Part shown: one piece after another, positions 19,422 to 29,407 of the stretch
Layout: every line of letters begins with the position of its first letter
How positions within the stretch are numbered: position 1 is the first letter of the stretch
IMG/VR virus record: IMGVR_UViG_3300031521_000009
Reading direction: 5' to 3' (one strand)
DNA from: a virus
DNA length: 64,000 nucleotides
Notes under the pieces: generated by a model
Told to the model about the DNA's origin: nothing
Databases searched by the model: none
Seen by the model: the letters and a program-made list of their open reading frames with translations, nothing else
Position numbers and translations under genes: made by a program

Positions 19422-22400
19422 ACTTATCCTCCAATTGTTTTATTCTTGATTCTGCGTTAGCTAATTTGGCTACCAATAAATCAAAATATTTCACTTTATA
19501 TTCTCCTTCTATATCTCCGACTACAAATTCTTCAAATCCGCTACTTAGCAAATCTTGCGCTATAACACCAAACCTAAGTTCGTCTAAATTATTTTTAAAA
19601 TTAAACTCGACTAAGTCAATAGAGCTATAGTCTTTTAGTATTGGTCTTATGTTAGTCTTTAAGGTTCTATCTGATGATAAATTAAAATTAGTTGCACTTA
19701 CGTCACCACTAAATGTTCCTGTAGTCGCTCCAGTAATTGCACCACTAATATTTGCACTACCATTAAAGGATTGTCCCCAAATAGTTCTAGCTGTTTGCAA
19801 TATAGTAGCAGTACCAGCATTACCCGTTATAGTAGTTTGTGTGGCTAACCTTGAATCATTACCTTGACAAAATGTTCCTGCTATTGTACCAAAGGAACCG
19901 ACTTGTAAGATACCTCCAGTACCTGTTATAATAGGTAAACTAGCAACAGTTCCTATCAATCCTCCACTAGTTATATTTCCATGAACATGTGTAGTTAATG
20001 AATAAGAGCCTGACGCTTGTTTGTTATTGATCTGACCTTGCAATTTTTCAATCGCTGATTCTAAAGTATCGGTGTTCAAAACAGTGCTATTTGCACCAAC
20101 CGTAAAGCCTGTAATTACTTGTGAGAATAGATCGGTAATTCCATAACCGATAACTGTAGTTGGCCGGATACTAATTTCTGACCATGAGTAACTAGGTTTT
20201 GTCGCTGATTTAGCCCATGCAGAAACATCAGATGCTACACGAGCATCTGAAAGTCTTGAATCATTTCCTTGACAAAATGTACCTGCTGTTGTACTGAAGG
20301 AACCCGCTTGTAAAATACCGCCAGTACCAGTTATAATTGGCAAAGATGCTATTGAACCTATATATCCACTATTAGTTATATTACCATGAGAGTGAGTATT
20401 CAATGAGTAATTAGAAGGAATAAAATTTCCACTAGTCCAAACCGTATTCCATGCACCCGTAGACCTTCTTTGATACATGTTGCCATCGCTACTGAATCCT
20501 AATTGATGGAAATATGTGGAAGTGCCATTATAAGTATCAATAGTCAATACTGCATTAGCATTATCTACTGTAGTAAATTTATTAGTTGATGCTGCACCAA
20601 GTCTTGAATATGATAATAACTTATCTACATTAAGAGTATTTAAATCCAATGTTGGCATACTTGCAGAGTTGCTTAAAGAGCTATGTGTATGGATAGTTGG
20701 TGAATAATAACTTCCATGCTGTCCATCTAGTAAATCAGCATTAAAATCACTAACCATAGTAGTAGATGCTACAGTTAATGGTGCTGTTCCAGTTGCTATT
20801 GTTGATTGAAGTTGAGTAGCATTGACTGTTGACAAAAAGACTCCCCTACCATCACCATATAATTTTACATTAGGGGTAAATACAGACGAAGATATTATAC
20901 CCAACTGCCATATATTTGTTCCCGCTGACCCAATTGAAGTATTTAAAACCTCCCCAGTCATATATCTATTTACCCACCAGTCAGTAATTCCTTGTGTTCT
21001 AGGATATATAGCCATATTTGCAGCATATCCAATATCCCCAGTTATCCTAATATTTGCTGCTTGATTAGAAGTACCTTGATTTTGAATATAATTAGACATA
21101 CCACTAGGTAAACTAGTTAACCCATTACCACTTCCTATAAAATTAGTTGCACTGACTGTAGATGCAAAAGTTGCTGCTCCATCGACTTGTAGATTAGTAT
21201 TTGTAGATGATATAAATGAACCATCTGTATTACATTGTCCTAACCTAATTACCGAGCCACTACCTCCTATTCCCCATATATTAGATGAAGTCCAATTTCC
21301 TATAAATGCAGCAGAATTATATAGATAAGTTCTATAAACTCCATTTATATAACTATTAGCAGCTTGCGCTGAACTATTTTGATTCTGTATTGCATCTGTA
21401 ATTCCATAGTTAGATAAAGTAGTTGGATGATTACCAGTATTCCATGGAGTATAACCTAAAGCAGTAGTAACCATTCCTGAATTGATACCAGTTATCCATC
21501 CACCATAGTTACCAAGATTATTATTAAATTGACTGAGATTAGTTGGAAAATCACTAACTTGTGACTTAGTAATGCTTATACCAGTAGATTTATTCCATGC
21601 CGTAAATACGGGATCTGTCTCAGTAAAACTAGATAGGTAGTTATGCGTATGAGTAGTTATCAGTCCAGTAAGAACCGATTCTACATTCTCCTTAGTTATT
21701 CCACTAATATAACTATTTGGATTTGATGCCAAGTAATAAGATGAGCTATCATAGCTTATGGTGGTTCCATTAGCCTTTACAAATCCAATTCCATTCAATT
21801 GTGGCTGTCCGGCAAGACTAGATAAAGTTTGGTCGCCAGTATTAGTACCACTTACTGCATTCAATGCTACAATATTTGAATGTATATCACTAGAATATGC
21901 AACATTACTTGCTGATGTAACTAAACCTTTTCCATTAACCGTTATATTATTAAAAGTACCTACATTAGCATTTACTGTTGCTAAAGTTAGTACAGTAGAA
22001 CCTATTACATCACCAGTATGCGTTGCATTACTTAATTTATTATTGAAAATATTCCAATCAGTAGAAGATAATGCTCCGGTAGTTATTGTAGAAGATAAAC
22101 CCAATGATATTGCTTGACCAGATAAAGAAAGACCATTACTTGTTCCTAGAGTAACAGCAACATGTTTATCATAACTTACTTTTTGTAATGCTGTTAATAT
22201 ACTATCAGTTGTTGATATTGTACCTGATGTTGCTACATAACCAGAAAGTATAGTATTTAATATATCTGTAATTCCATATCCTGCAACTGTTGTTGGATGA
22301 TTACTTACACTCCATTGTAATATGTTAGCAACATTTGAAAGACCTATATCTGACTTATTCAATACAACAGCACCTATGTGACCATTTACAGAAATAACTG

Positions 22401-23448
22401 CATCTGTATTATCAACTTTACCCCATGTATTTCCATTAGCAATTAACCAGTCACCAACTTGCCATTCACTAACAGAACCCATAGTAGTAGTGCCGGCTAC
22501 CGAAACTATATAATAATCACCATTAGATGTTGGAATAGAAGGTAATGAAGGTGTTCCATTTGATGCATCCCAAAATCCTTTATAATCCACTTGACCAAAT
22601 AATGATGTCGGAAGTTGAGATAAAGGAACTTTTGTATCATTTCCTAATGTAGCTAAACCATTTGCTACGCCCATTAATGATGGAGACAATTTGTTATTAA
22701 AAGTAATCCAATCTACATTACTTAGTGCACCATTTGAAGTACTAGACGAAAGACCCAATGATAATTGTTGATTATCTAATGAAAGGCCATTAGAAGAACC
22801 CAATGTAAGTGGATTATGGTTTTTATAGCTAAGCTTCTGTATCGCGGTAAGAACAGTATCTGATGGACTTATAGTACCTTCTGTTGCTACATATCCTGAA
22901 AGGTTAGTACCAAGAACTCTATTATATGTAAAATAAAGATTAGCTGCTTCAGTAACTTCGGAAGTAGTATATGATGGTTTAGAAGTAGAAAGAGCCCAAG
23001 TTGGAATATCTGTTATTCCAAAACCTTGGACTGTTGTTGGTTTATTTAATAAACCAGAGAATGTCAATTGGTGTAGATTACCACTAGCTTGTGAATGATC
23101 GTAAGCAATCTTACCTAAATCACCATAGTAAGCATTTATATGAAGATTGCCAAGAACTAAATTTTCGACTGGAGCAAATAAAACCCATTGTCCATTTCTT
23201 CGACAATAGAGTTGTTCGTCTGGAGCATCACCGATACCGCTAGTAAAAAATGTAGTTGAAGGTTCTACAATATAAGTAACATTTGTATCACTTAGAATAA
23301 CTTCAAATTGTTCTACGTTTTCAGTAAATATCACTTCGTAAGTGACAATTACATTATCCAATACCAATTCAAAGATTGCATTTTTAGCGTTTATGTTTTC
23401 TTCATTGTTTCCACTTGTTTCATCTACCGTAATAGAATAGATATCCAT
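19408..23448 (-). CDS. Long tail fibre with C-terminal intramolecular chaperone (peptidase S74)
   Basis: 1346 aa G/S/T-rich; PTTxxGYGITD fibre repeats; YKGFWDAS...GDYYIVSVAG...GDW module; SSDRTLKTNI autocleavage motif and terminal coiled coil. Confidence 0.85.
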   Translation of the reverse strand: MDIYSITVDETSGNNEENINAKNAIFELVLDNVIVTYEVIFTENVEQFEVILSDTNVTYIVEPSTTFFTSGIGDAPDEQLYCRRNGQWVLFAPVENLVLGNLHINAYYGDLGKIAYDHSQASGNLHQLTFSGLLNKPTTVQGFGITDIPTWALSTSKPSYTTSEVTEAANLYFTYNRVLGTNLSGYVATEGTISPSDTVLTAIQKLSYKNHNPLTLGSSNGLSLDNQQLSLGLSSSTSNGALSNVDWITFNNKLSPSLMGVANGLATLGNDTKVPLSQLPTSLFGQVDYKGFWDASNGTPSLPSIPTSNGDYYIVSVAGTTTMGSVSEWQVGDWLIANGNTWGKVDNTDAVISVNGHIGAVVLNKSDIGLSNVANILQWSVSNHPTTVAGYGITDILNTILSGYVATSGTISTTDSILTALQKVSYDKHVAVTLGTSNGLSLSGQAISLGLSSTITTGALSSTDWNIFNNKLSNATHTGDVIGSTVLTLATVNANVGTFNNITVNGKGLVTSASNVAYSSDIHSNIVALNAVSGTNTGDQTLSSLAGQPQLNGIGFVKANGTTISYDSSSYYLASNPNSYISGITKENVESVLTGLITTHTHNYLSSFTETDPVFTAWNKSTGISITKSQVSDFPTNLSQFNNNLGNYGGWITGINSGMVTTALGYTPWNTGNHPTTLSNYGITDAIQNQNSSAQAANSYINGVYRTYLYNSAAFIGNWTSSNIWGIGGSGSVIRLGQCNTDGSFISSTNTNLQVDGAATFASTVSATNFIGSGNGLTSLPSGMSNYIQNQGTSNQAANIRITGDIGYAANMAIYPRTQGITDWWVNRYMTGEVLNTSIGSAGTNIWQLGIISSSVFTPNVKLYGDGRGVFLSTVNATQLQSTIATGTAPLTVASTTMVSDFNADLLDGQHGSYYSPTIHTHSSLSNSASMPTLDLNTLNVDKLLSYSRLGAASTNKFTTVDNANAVLTIDTYNGTSTYFHQLGFSSDGNMYQRRSTGAWNTVWTSGNFIPSNYSLNTHSHGNITNSGYIGSIASLPIITGTGGILQAGSFSTTAGTFCQGNDSRLSDARVASDVSAWAKSATKPSYSWSEISIRPTTVIGYGITDLFSQVITGFTVGANSTVLNTDTLESAIEKLQGQINNKQASGSYSLTTHVHGNITSGGLIGTVASLPIITGTGGILQVGSFGTIAGTFCQGNDSRLATQTTITGNAGTATILQTARTIWGQSFNGSANISGAITGATTGTFSGDVSATNFNLSSDRTLKTNIRPILKDYSSIDLVEFNFKNNLDELRFGVIAQDLLSSGFEEFVVGDIEGEYKVKYFDLLVAKLANAESRIKQLEDKYGCS
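19847..20397 (-). repeat. Duplicated ~49-aa module in the tail fibre (approx. 19847-19993 and 20251-20397)
   Basis: THxHGNITxxGxIGxxASLPIITGTGGILQxGSFxTxAGTFCQGNDSRL occurs twice; DNA is also similar. Confidence 0.85.
22030..22903 (-). repeat. Duplicated ~73-aa module in the tail fibre (approx. 22030-22250 and 22685-22903)
   Basis: LSGYVATxGTISxxDxxLTAxQKxSY...LGxSNGLSL...SLGLSS...GALSxxDWxxFNNKLS occurs twice. Confidence 0.85.
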
Positions 23449-23450
23449 GA

Positions 23451-23807
23451 TTATCTTATTGTACTAATTGGTAATACTTCTCTTCTTCCTGGTGCAAAAC
23501 CGGTAATCTTTTTTCCACTAGCAAGAATAATATTAAAATCAAATTCATAATCTGCCGGTTCAGCAGTCATTACATGTTCCGGAATTATAATGAAGTTTGT
23601 TGAAACTTCTATTGATCCATCTTCTGTAGAATATTGCTTTCCCAATACATTCCCATTCATAAAATTCATAACGACATCAGCGCCTACCATATTAACTGGA
23701 GAACGTATCTTTTTAGTACTATCTGTCGGATCATCAACAAGTGTATTTATTTCAATTTTATATTCTGGTACTGTGGAACCAAAAAATACTGGGTCAAGGA
23801 CTATCAT
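23451..23807 (-). CDS. BppU-N-like fibre adaptor protein
   Basis: PVNMVGADVVMNF...DYEFDFNIILASG...GRREV beta-sandwich pattern; directly upstream of the tail fibre. Confidence 0.5.
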   Translation of the reverse strand: MIVLDPVFFGSTVPEYKIEINTLVDDPTDSTKKIRSPVNMVGADVVMNFMNGNVLGKQYSTEDGSIEVSTNFIIIPEHVMTAEPADYEFDFNIILASGKKITGFAPGRREVLPISTIR

Positions 23808-23811
23808 AATA

Positions 23812-24483
23812 TTATTCTTTTGCTCGTGGGAACTCTTCTGTAATCGTTATCTTAGCGACTTCCTTTTGATTCTCAAACATTGTTGCTGAGGACCGTTTCT
23901 TAATGGCATCCTTATTTACATTTGCCAATACCTTTACATAATAATCATACAAATCACTTGCTTGCTTTAAAGCATCAAGTCGCTCTTTTGTATTGGGAAT
24001 ATCTATTTCAACTTCATGAACCCGGTCTATCATTGTCTGACCATCTTCATCAAGTTCTTTATGTGTAACCTTAATCTTTTTTTTGATCATATGTGGCATC
24101 TTCTGTACCACCTCAGAGAACATATCAATATCCTCTTTTAATGTATCAAGCAAAATCTCATTCCGGGTCCTGGAATATTTCAAATAACCGTGAATACATT
24201 TCTGAACCCATTCGTTTTCCTCAAAATCACTAATCTTTTTATACGATCCAGTATGGCTTTTTACAGCTTGCATACGACGTTGTGGTAACGGTTGATTATG
24301 AAGATAAGAACGTTCTTCTCCAAAGACTTTATACACGTAGTAGATATAAGCCATAGCCTTATAAAAAAAGACTTTGTTAGTGCTGGTATCATAACGTTTG
24401 AAATCTCTGAACTCAGGCATCTGCATTGCCATCTCAGTAACTTTCACTACTGAATCCTCAAGATATAGAAAATCTTCTTGCAT
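23812..24483 (-). CDS. Conserved crAss protein, probable terminase small subunit
   Basis: PEFRDFKRYDTSTNK..FYKAMAYIYYV motif resembling the conserved crAss gene usually found upstream of TerL. Confidence 0.5.
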   Translation of the reverse strand: MQEDFLYLEDSVVKVTEMAMQMPEFRDFKRYDTSTNKVFFYKAMAYIYYVYKVFGEERSYLHNQPLPQRRMQAVKSHTGSYKKISDFEENEWVQKCIHGYLKYSRTRNEILLDTLKEDIDMFSEVVQKMPHMIKKKIKVTHKELDEDGQTMIDRVHEVEIDIPNTKERLDALKQASDLYDYYVKVLANVNKDAIKKRSSATMFENQKEVAKITITEEFPRAKE

Positions 24484-24486
24484 ATA

Positions 24487-24774
24487 TTAATAGTTTTTAT
24501 AAATGCCCTCACGATTAATAAACATCATAGCTTCTAAAACTCCTTTTAAAGCAACATCCAATGGTATCAACTCTTTTGAATGCATTATGTCAACCTCAGT
24601 AGTTTTCTCAGTAACATGCTTTACTTTGATACCTACCAAACGACTTACTCGTTTTACATTACCACCTTTGTCTTTTATCTCTTTGCTTTTGAATATCGCG
24701 TGGTCGACAACAAAGACTTTTTCTAAATTTGTAATATTCACAACAGGAATACCTGGCTTTATCCAATTTGACAT
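24487..24774 (-). CDS. Small SH3-like conserved hypothetical protein
   Basis: WIKPGIPVV...LVGIKVK...MHSKELIP pattern. Confidence 0.5.
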   Translation of the reverse strand: MSNWIKPGIPVVNITNLEKVFVVDHAIFKSKEIKDKGGNVKRVSRLVGIKVKHVTEKTTEVDIMHSKELIPLDVALKGVLEAMMFINREGIYKNY

Positions 24775-24797
24775 ATTATATGTTTTTAAGTTATGTG

Positions 24798-24822
24798 CAA
24801 AGATATAAATAGTTTTTGCAAA
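24798..24822 (-). promoter_or_regulatory. Bacteroidota promoter
   Basis: TATCTTTG -7 element (24798-24805) on the minus strand with an upstream TTTG, just before the ATG at 24774. Confidence 0.6.
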
Positions 24823-24823
24823 G

Positions 24824-24857
24824 AAGAGAAGATAGTATTTAAACTATCCTCTCTTTA
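24824..24857 (-). terminator. Intrinsic terminator
   Basis: AAGAGAAGATAG-TATTTAAA-CTATCCTCTCTT inverted repeat downstream of the DUF3127 gene. Confidence 0.55.
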
Positions 24858-24911
24858 ATTTACAATAGTGTTTAATTGACTGTTTTATTTTTGCGGGATT
24901 ACAGTAAACCC

Positions 24912-25343
24912 TTAATTAAAAGGCAAATCACTTCCCTCACCACTACCAACAGCTAACCCGCCAGTAACAAATGGCCTTTGTCCGCCAGTATTTGCATCAG
25001 GATAAACAACAGCACCGGCTGGTGGTGTCATACTATCATTGCCAGGAACAGACATGCCAGGAACATCTGCCGGAGCATCCGATTTTTGTATAGAAACAAC
25101 AGTAAGCTCATTGAAATATTTATCTTGCCATGGCTTACCTTTTGTTTCAATCTCACAATCAATATGCAATGTAGGATTAGCCAAGAAATACTCATGAATA
25201 TCAGTAAAGCATTTTACACTGAACTCAACATTATCAATCACACTCTTTACAATCCATGTACCAATTATATAAGGACCGTTCTGGCCGGAACCTTCATAAT
25301 TAGAAAAATTCTTTACCAACGCTATTCTTTGTACTACTTTCAT
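24912..25343 (-). CDS. DUF3127-like OB-fold ssDNA-binding protein
   Basis: KGKPWQDKYFNEL motif and acidic SDLPF C-terminal tail. Confidence 0.7.
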   Translation of the reverse strand: MKVVQRIALVKNFSNYEGSGQNGPYIIGTWIVKSVIDNVEFSVKCFTDIHEYFLANPTLHIDCEIETKGKPWQDKYFNELTVVSIQKSDAPADVPGMSVPGNDSMTPPAGAVVYPDANTGGQRPFVTGGLAVGSGEGSDLPFN

Positions 25344-26065
25344 TTCTTTGTTCTCCTTTTTGTTCTATTTTGAAATACCATTCTCTTCTCTTCATTTTCA
25401 ACTACTATATTCCATTCCCAACGGTAACGCATTACTTCATAACCATAGTTTACTGACAGAAGCAAATGGAATAGCCTATAAGCTTCGATAGGAACAGAAA
25501 CAGTACCATGATTCAATAAAGTAATCAACCACGTAGGAAGCATGTTTGCATTACTTATCTGACGTTCATTTTCAATATCAACATCACTGACAACTAACAC
25601 AGGTGCATTTTCCGGAGCAGATAACAAACCACTAATGATTTCTTCTTTTTCAGACAACTGTTTCGTAATCTCCAAATACATTTTCTGTTGAGTAACAAAA
25701 CCACTTCTATAATTACTTACCAATCCCTCTAATCCACCTAGCAACTTACGTAAATGAATCCTACCAAAATAAATCTCCCCACGAGTAATAGAATCAATAA
25801 ACTCGTCCAATCCCAAAACATCATTCTTATCACCATAAGAAAAACCAAAACTAAATAAATCATTCTTATCCCGATAAACCAAATGGGAATACTCTTTTAC
25901 AAAAGGAGCCTCAGCAGAACTAAATACTCTACCACACTTTTGACAACTATACAAATATCTCTCATTACCACGAGCATCTACTACACTACCATGGAACAAT
26001 GAACCTCGCGTATCACAACGCCTTACTAAGCACTTTAAAAGTGCACCTAATGAACGATTACTCAT
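25340..26065 (-). CDS. Hypothetical protein with N-terminal Zn-ribbon-like motif
   Basis: 241 aa; C..RC...CQKCG; has its own TATCTTTG promoter at 26092-26099. Confidence 0.6.
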   Translation of the reverse strand: MSNRSLGALLKCLVRRCDTRGSLFHGSVVDARGNERYLYSCQKCGRVFSSAEAPFVKEYSHLVYRDKNDLFSFGFSYGDKNDVLGLDEFIDSITRGEIYFGRIHLRKLLGGLEGLVSNYRSGFVTQQKMYLEITKQLSEKEEIISGLLSAPENAPVLVVSDVDIENERQISNANMLPTWLITLLNHGTVSVPIEAYRLFHLLLSVNYGYEVMRYRWEWNIVVENEEKRMVFQNRTKRRTKK

Positions 26066-26091
26066 AAATTATTCTCTTTAAAATTATACCC

Positions 26092-26099
26092 CAAAGATA
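26092..26099 (-). promoter_or_regulatory. Bacteroidota -7 element starting the minus-strand module
   Basis: TATCTTTG, 27 nt upstream of the ATG at 26065. Confidence 0.6.
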
Positions 26100-26314
26100 A
26101 CCAATAAATAAACAACTACCTAGTAACAATACTATTATAAAATACCATTAACAACATAACCAATCCAACGAAGAACATACCCTACACTACCATATACAAT
26201 ATACAAGCCCACCGTATACCCACTACCAAATTACGAAAGCCCTGGATACTCTCTAGTAACTCCCCCCGGTTAGACGATATAAAAAATTAATTACAAATTA
26301 AAAACAAAATTATT

Positions 26315-26677
26315 ATGAGCAAATTATTGTATGTAGCGACAAAAGCCGCTGAGTTGAAATTCGATCTTACTGACATTGCACCAACAACATTTGAAATCGT
26401 TGGACAATTTTATCGTGACGGAAGTCAAAAGAATGCAGCAGGTAAGCTGGTGAAAATCGAAGCAGCTGATGCTGACGTATCGAACAAAGACCTTCGTATC
26501 TGGTGTAACATGGCTATCGCCGGAATGACTGACAACTTCTCTCAAGAAGTAACTCGTATGAACTCTTGTGGGTTTGATACAGTCATTGACAAGAAGGAAG
26601 CTGCCAAAGGTATCATTAAGATTAAAGCAGGCGCTAAGATTAGCTGCTTAGGTGGTGTTATCAAATACAGCATGTAA
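26315..26677 (+). CDS. First plus-strand early gene, hypothetical
   Basis: 120 aa; A-rich leader; followed by its own terminator. Confidence 0.75.
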   Translation: MSKLLYVATKAAELKFDLTDIAPTTFEIVGQFYRDGSQKNAAGKLVKIEAADADVSNKDLRIWCNMAIAGMTDNFSQEVTRMNSCGFDTVIDKKEAAKGIIKIKAGAKISCLGGVIKYSM

Positions 26678-26685
26678 GAACAAAC

Positions 26686-26714
26686 AAGGGAGATGTAATG
26701 TCTCCCTTTTTTTT
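26686..26714 (+). terminator. Intrinsic terminator
   Basis: AAGGGAGA-TGTAATG-TCTCCCTT followed by a T-run. Confidence 0.85.
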
Positions 26715-27161
26715 AATACTATTACCTCGAAATACTTGCTTGCTAGAGTTGTTGCGGACTGGCTTGTTTAAGTGATCTCTACGCGCGCGTTCATTATATT
26801 ATATACACATTAATACTTACTCTTATGAAAGCTTCTTTTAAACATATTGCTGAGCATATCATATATGCCTTTATCTTCGGTGTTGCATTTATATTCTTTG
26901 CTACTCATACCTATATATATGGTAGAGCAATTCTTATTGGTGCACTGTTCTTCTTTGGACTACATGTTCATGAAGCTATTACTCATTATAGAAATAGATA
27001 ATACTATGAAACCAAAATATAATGACAAAGTTTGGAGATTAATAAATTTCCATTCTCAATTAAATGAGCAGGAACATACAAGACCTATATGGAGAGATAC
27101 TGCTGTTATCTTTATTCCTAAAGGTTCGCATAAGCGTCCTAATAAACGCAAATAATACTAC

Positions 27162-27248
27162 TAATTGGTGGCGTTACTCGTGAGAGTAGATGCATTTGAT
27201 TCTATTGGTACCTCATTTCACCCAACAAGGTGTAGAAGCCATCAATTA
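27162..27248. ncRNA. Structured intergenic element with GUGA tetraloop
   Basis: Closing stem TAATTGGTGGC/GCCATCAATTA; internal TACTC-GTGA-GAGTA and CACC/GGTG stems. Confidence 0.45.
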
Positions 27249-27461
27249 AAAATTACCTCTATTCTTTATCCTTTGTATTCCTATTCCGGTCCAGACAATG
27301 CATTCCTTTATACGGACTGGTTCACTCAATAATTTACGACGTATAGTATCATCACTACATCCAACGAACTTGGATAGCATGGTCTTACTTGTACATATAA
27401 TAATGTCGTGATTCAATAGATTGTGTGCTACATAGTACACTTTATCATTCAATTTACTCAT
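27246..27461 (-). CDS. Small HTH-like (NUMOD1-like) protein, antisense to the early module
   Basis: SKTMLSKFVGCSDDTIRRKL; own TATCTTTG promoter at 27492-27499. Confidence 0.55.
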   Translation of the reverse strand: MSKLNDKVYYVAHNLLNHDIIICTSKTMLSKFVGCSDDTIRRKLLSEPVRIKECIVWTGIGIQRIKNRGNF

Positions 27462-27528
27462 TTTGCTGGCACTACATGAGAGTAGATGCCGCAAAGATAA
27501 CACAATATTTACTCTAAATTCATATAAA

Positions 27529-27801
27529 ATGAACACAAAACATCTATTCTTATTGTTATTGACTATCGTTGTTATAGTCCTTTCTAGCTGCTCTGAAACA
27601 ACGCCAGTAAACAATACTGGACCTCTTATAATGTATCCTTATGCTATTCATAACTCTATTGTAATGAATAAGAAAAGCTCTGATAACAAGCCTTATACAT
27701 TCCTTATGACCGTGTATAACTACAAGGATTCAGCGTTCCATACATACAGCATTCCAGCTTGTTATTACAATGATTTTAAGGCTAAGGATAGTATAAAGTA
27801 A
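27529..27801 (+). CDS. Lipoprotein
   Basis: MNTKHLFLLLLTIVVIVLSSC signal peptide II/lipobox. Confidence 0.65.
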   Translation: MNTKHLFLLLLTIVVIVLSSCSETTPVNNTGPLIMYPYAIHNSIVMNKKSSDNKPYTFLMTVYNYKDSAFHTYSIPACYYNDFKAKDSIK

Positions 27802-28285
27802 ACGTTCAAACAGGCTCTGTACACTCCTACTCTCTATGCTTCTCTCTCTATCTATAAGAATAATATAATACCTATAATGCGTTGAATGCGCTGTTATATG
27901 TGGTTGTATGATATGTCTAGTTATGGTGGTGGTAATGGTGAGTTGGTTGTATTCCTTAAGTATTCATTTCTTGCAATAGAGTATAGTGTGTTGAATCTAT
28001 TGGTCTACATTATATTAGATTATTTGATAGTGGTTGTGATTGGTGTAATCCGGTGTATCAGATGCTATACAATATTGTAAGATTTGATTACTTTTGCGGG
28101 CTTGTTTAAGCTACTTTCTTTTATTGATATGATACATAGTGTCATTCTATTGCTATTCGTTCAACAGTAAGCTTTCTATGCGTTGAAATGACGTGTATGG
28201 TCAGTGTAAATGATAGCTCATTTCTATTATTGTCTATTTATTCTCGTATATAAACTATTTATTAATCAACAAAACATTTATTATT

Positions 28286-28552
28286 ATGCAAGTAGGTGAT
28301 TTAATTTATTTGAACAGGTGTCACAGTACAAATTGTGGAAAAGACTATCCTGTAAATTCCATTGGTATTTTAGTTGTAACTGCAGTCCCTGATCGTGATG
28401 ATGATTTGCGTGTCCGTTTCTCAAGACATTCTACTAATGATCGTTCTTATATTCCGGCTTCTAAAATTGTTTTAGTACCAACTGAACGACAAGAAGAAGC
28501 AAGAACTAAGTTTGACAAGGCTAAAGAAGAATACAAAAATGCTGTGCTCTAA
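28286..28552 (+). CDS. Hypothetical SH3-like protein
   Basis: MQVGDLI... beta-barrel pattern; A-rich leader. Confidence 0.55.
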   Translation: MQVGDLIYLNRCHSTNCGKDYPVNSIGILVVTAVPDRDDDLRVRFSRHSTNDRSYIPASKIVLVPTERQEEARTKFDKAKEEYKNAVL

Positions 28553-28901
28553 CGACCCTATCATAATGCTACTGTATCTTCTTATAGGATTTGCAGTAGC
28601 TGCTCTTGCTCTTTGCTTTCAGCATATACAAGAGTTTGGAATGATATTCGACTGGTATCATGACTGGTTATACAAATACGTTCGATATAAGAGACTTTTA
28701 TCGAAGTATGGTAAGAATATACGTTTAGTGTCCTTTATGGCTTATATTGCCAAACCATTGGGCTTGTGTCCCTATTGTAATGGTATATGGATAGCTATCA
28801 TTACTTACTTGATTGCTTTTGGATTTCATTGGGATATATTTCTATTCATTGGCATATCATGGTTCTTTATTCGATTTATTCAACAAAACAAAATATTGTA
28901 A
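28539..28901 (+). CDS. Membrane protein with CPYCxxxW motif (DUF1360-like)
   Basis: TM helices around KPLGLCPYCNGIW. Confidence 0.55.
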   Translation: MLCSNDPIIMLLYLLIGFAVAALALCFQHIQEFGMIFDWYHDWLYKYVRYKRLLSKYGKNIRLVSFMAYIAKPLGLCPYCNGIWIAIITYLIAFGFHWDIFLFIGISWFFIRFIQQNKIL

Positions 28902-28902
28902 T

Positions 28903-29118
28903 ATGATTATTACTAGTGTAAATCAAGTTTATGATATTGTTGGAAATGAAATAATATTGTCCGGAATGAGTAATAAACAAATAGCTACTAAAGCTGGAGT
29001 AACTGAAAGTATGGTTAGTTCAGTAAGAGGTGGCAGATATATGCAAGTTAGTTTTGAAAAATTCATTACTATTTGTAAAGTTTTAAAAATTGAACTTCAA
29101 ATTAATATTAAACAATAA
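28903..29118 (+). CDS. XRE-family HTH regulator
   Basis: GMSNKQIATKAGVTESMVSSVRGG...SFEKFITICKVL. Confidence 0.8.
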   Translation: MIITSVNQVYDIVGNEIILSGMSNKQIATKAGVTESMVSSVRGGRYMQVSFEKFITICKVLKIELQINIKQ

Positions 29119-29122
29119 CAGT

Positions 29123-29407
29123 ATGGGAACACAAAATTATAGAGCTAAAGGAGATATTATCTTCTTTATGAACAACAACAAGATTGAAAAGAAACCAATC
29201 TTAGGTATATCAACATACACTGGTGATTGCCAAGTATTAATGAGTAATAATAGAATTGTTCCGGATGGAGAAGTTCTTATGGTGTATCACACTGGTTCAT
29301 ATCATGAAGTAGAATCAAAAGATGCTTATGATACTCTTGAGGATTTAATGACAAGTCTAACAACACCATTAAACTTACCAGATGGCACACAGAGTAGAGA
29401 ATCCTAA
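29123..29407 (+). CDS. Hypothetical protein
   Basis: ORF track; tightly packed in the operon. Confidence 0.55.
   Translation: MGTQNYRAKGDIIFFMNNNKIEKKPILGISTYTGDCQVLMSNNRIVPDGEVLMVYHTGSYHEVESKDAYDTLEDLMTSLTTPLNLPDGTQSRES

Noticed and set aside
26066-28285. CRISPR or mini-array in the intergenic gaps
   Set aside because: Only two-copy short motifs; no regularly spaced repeat-spacer units
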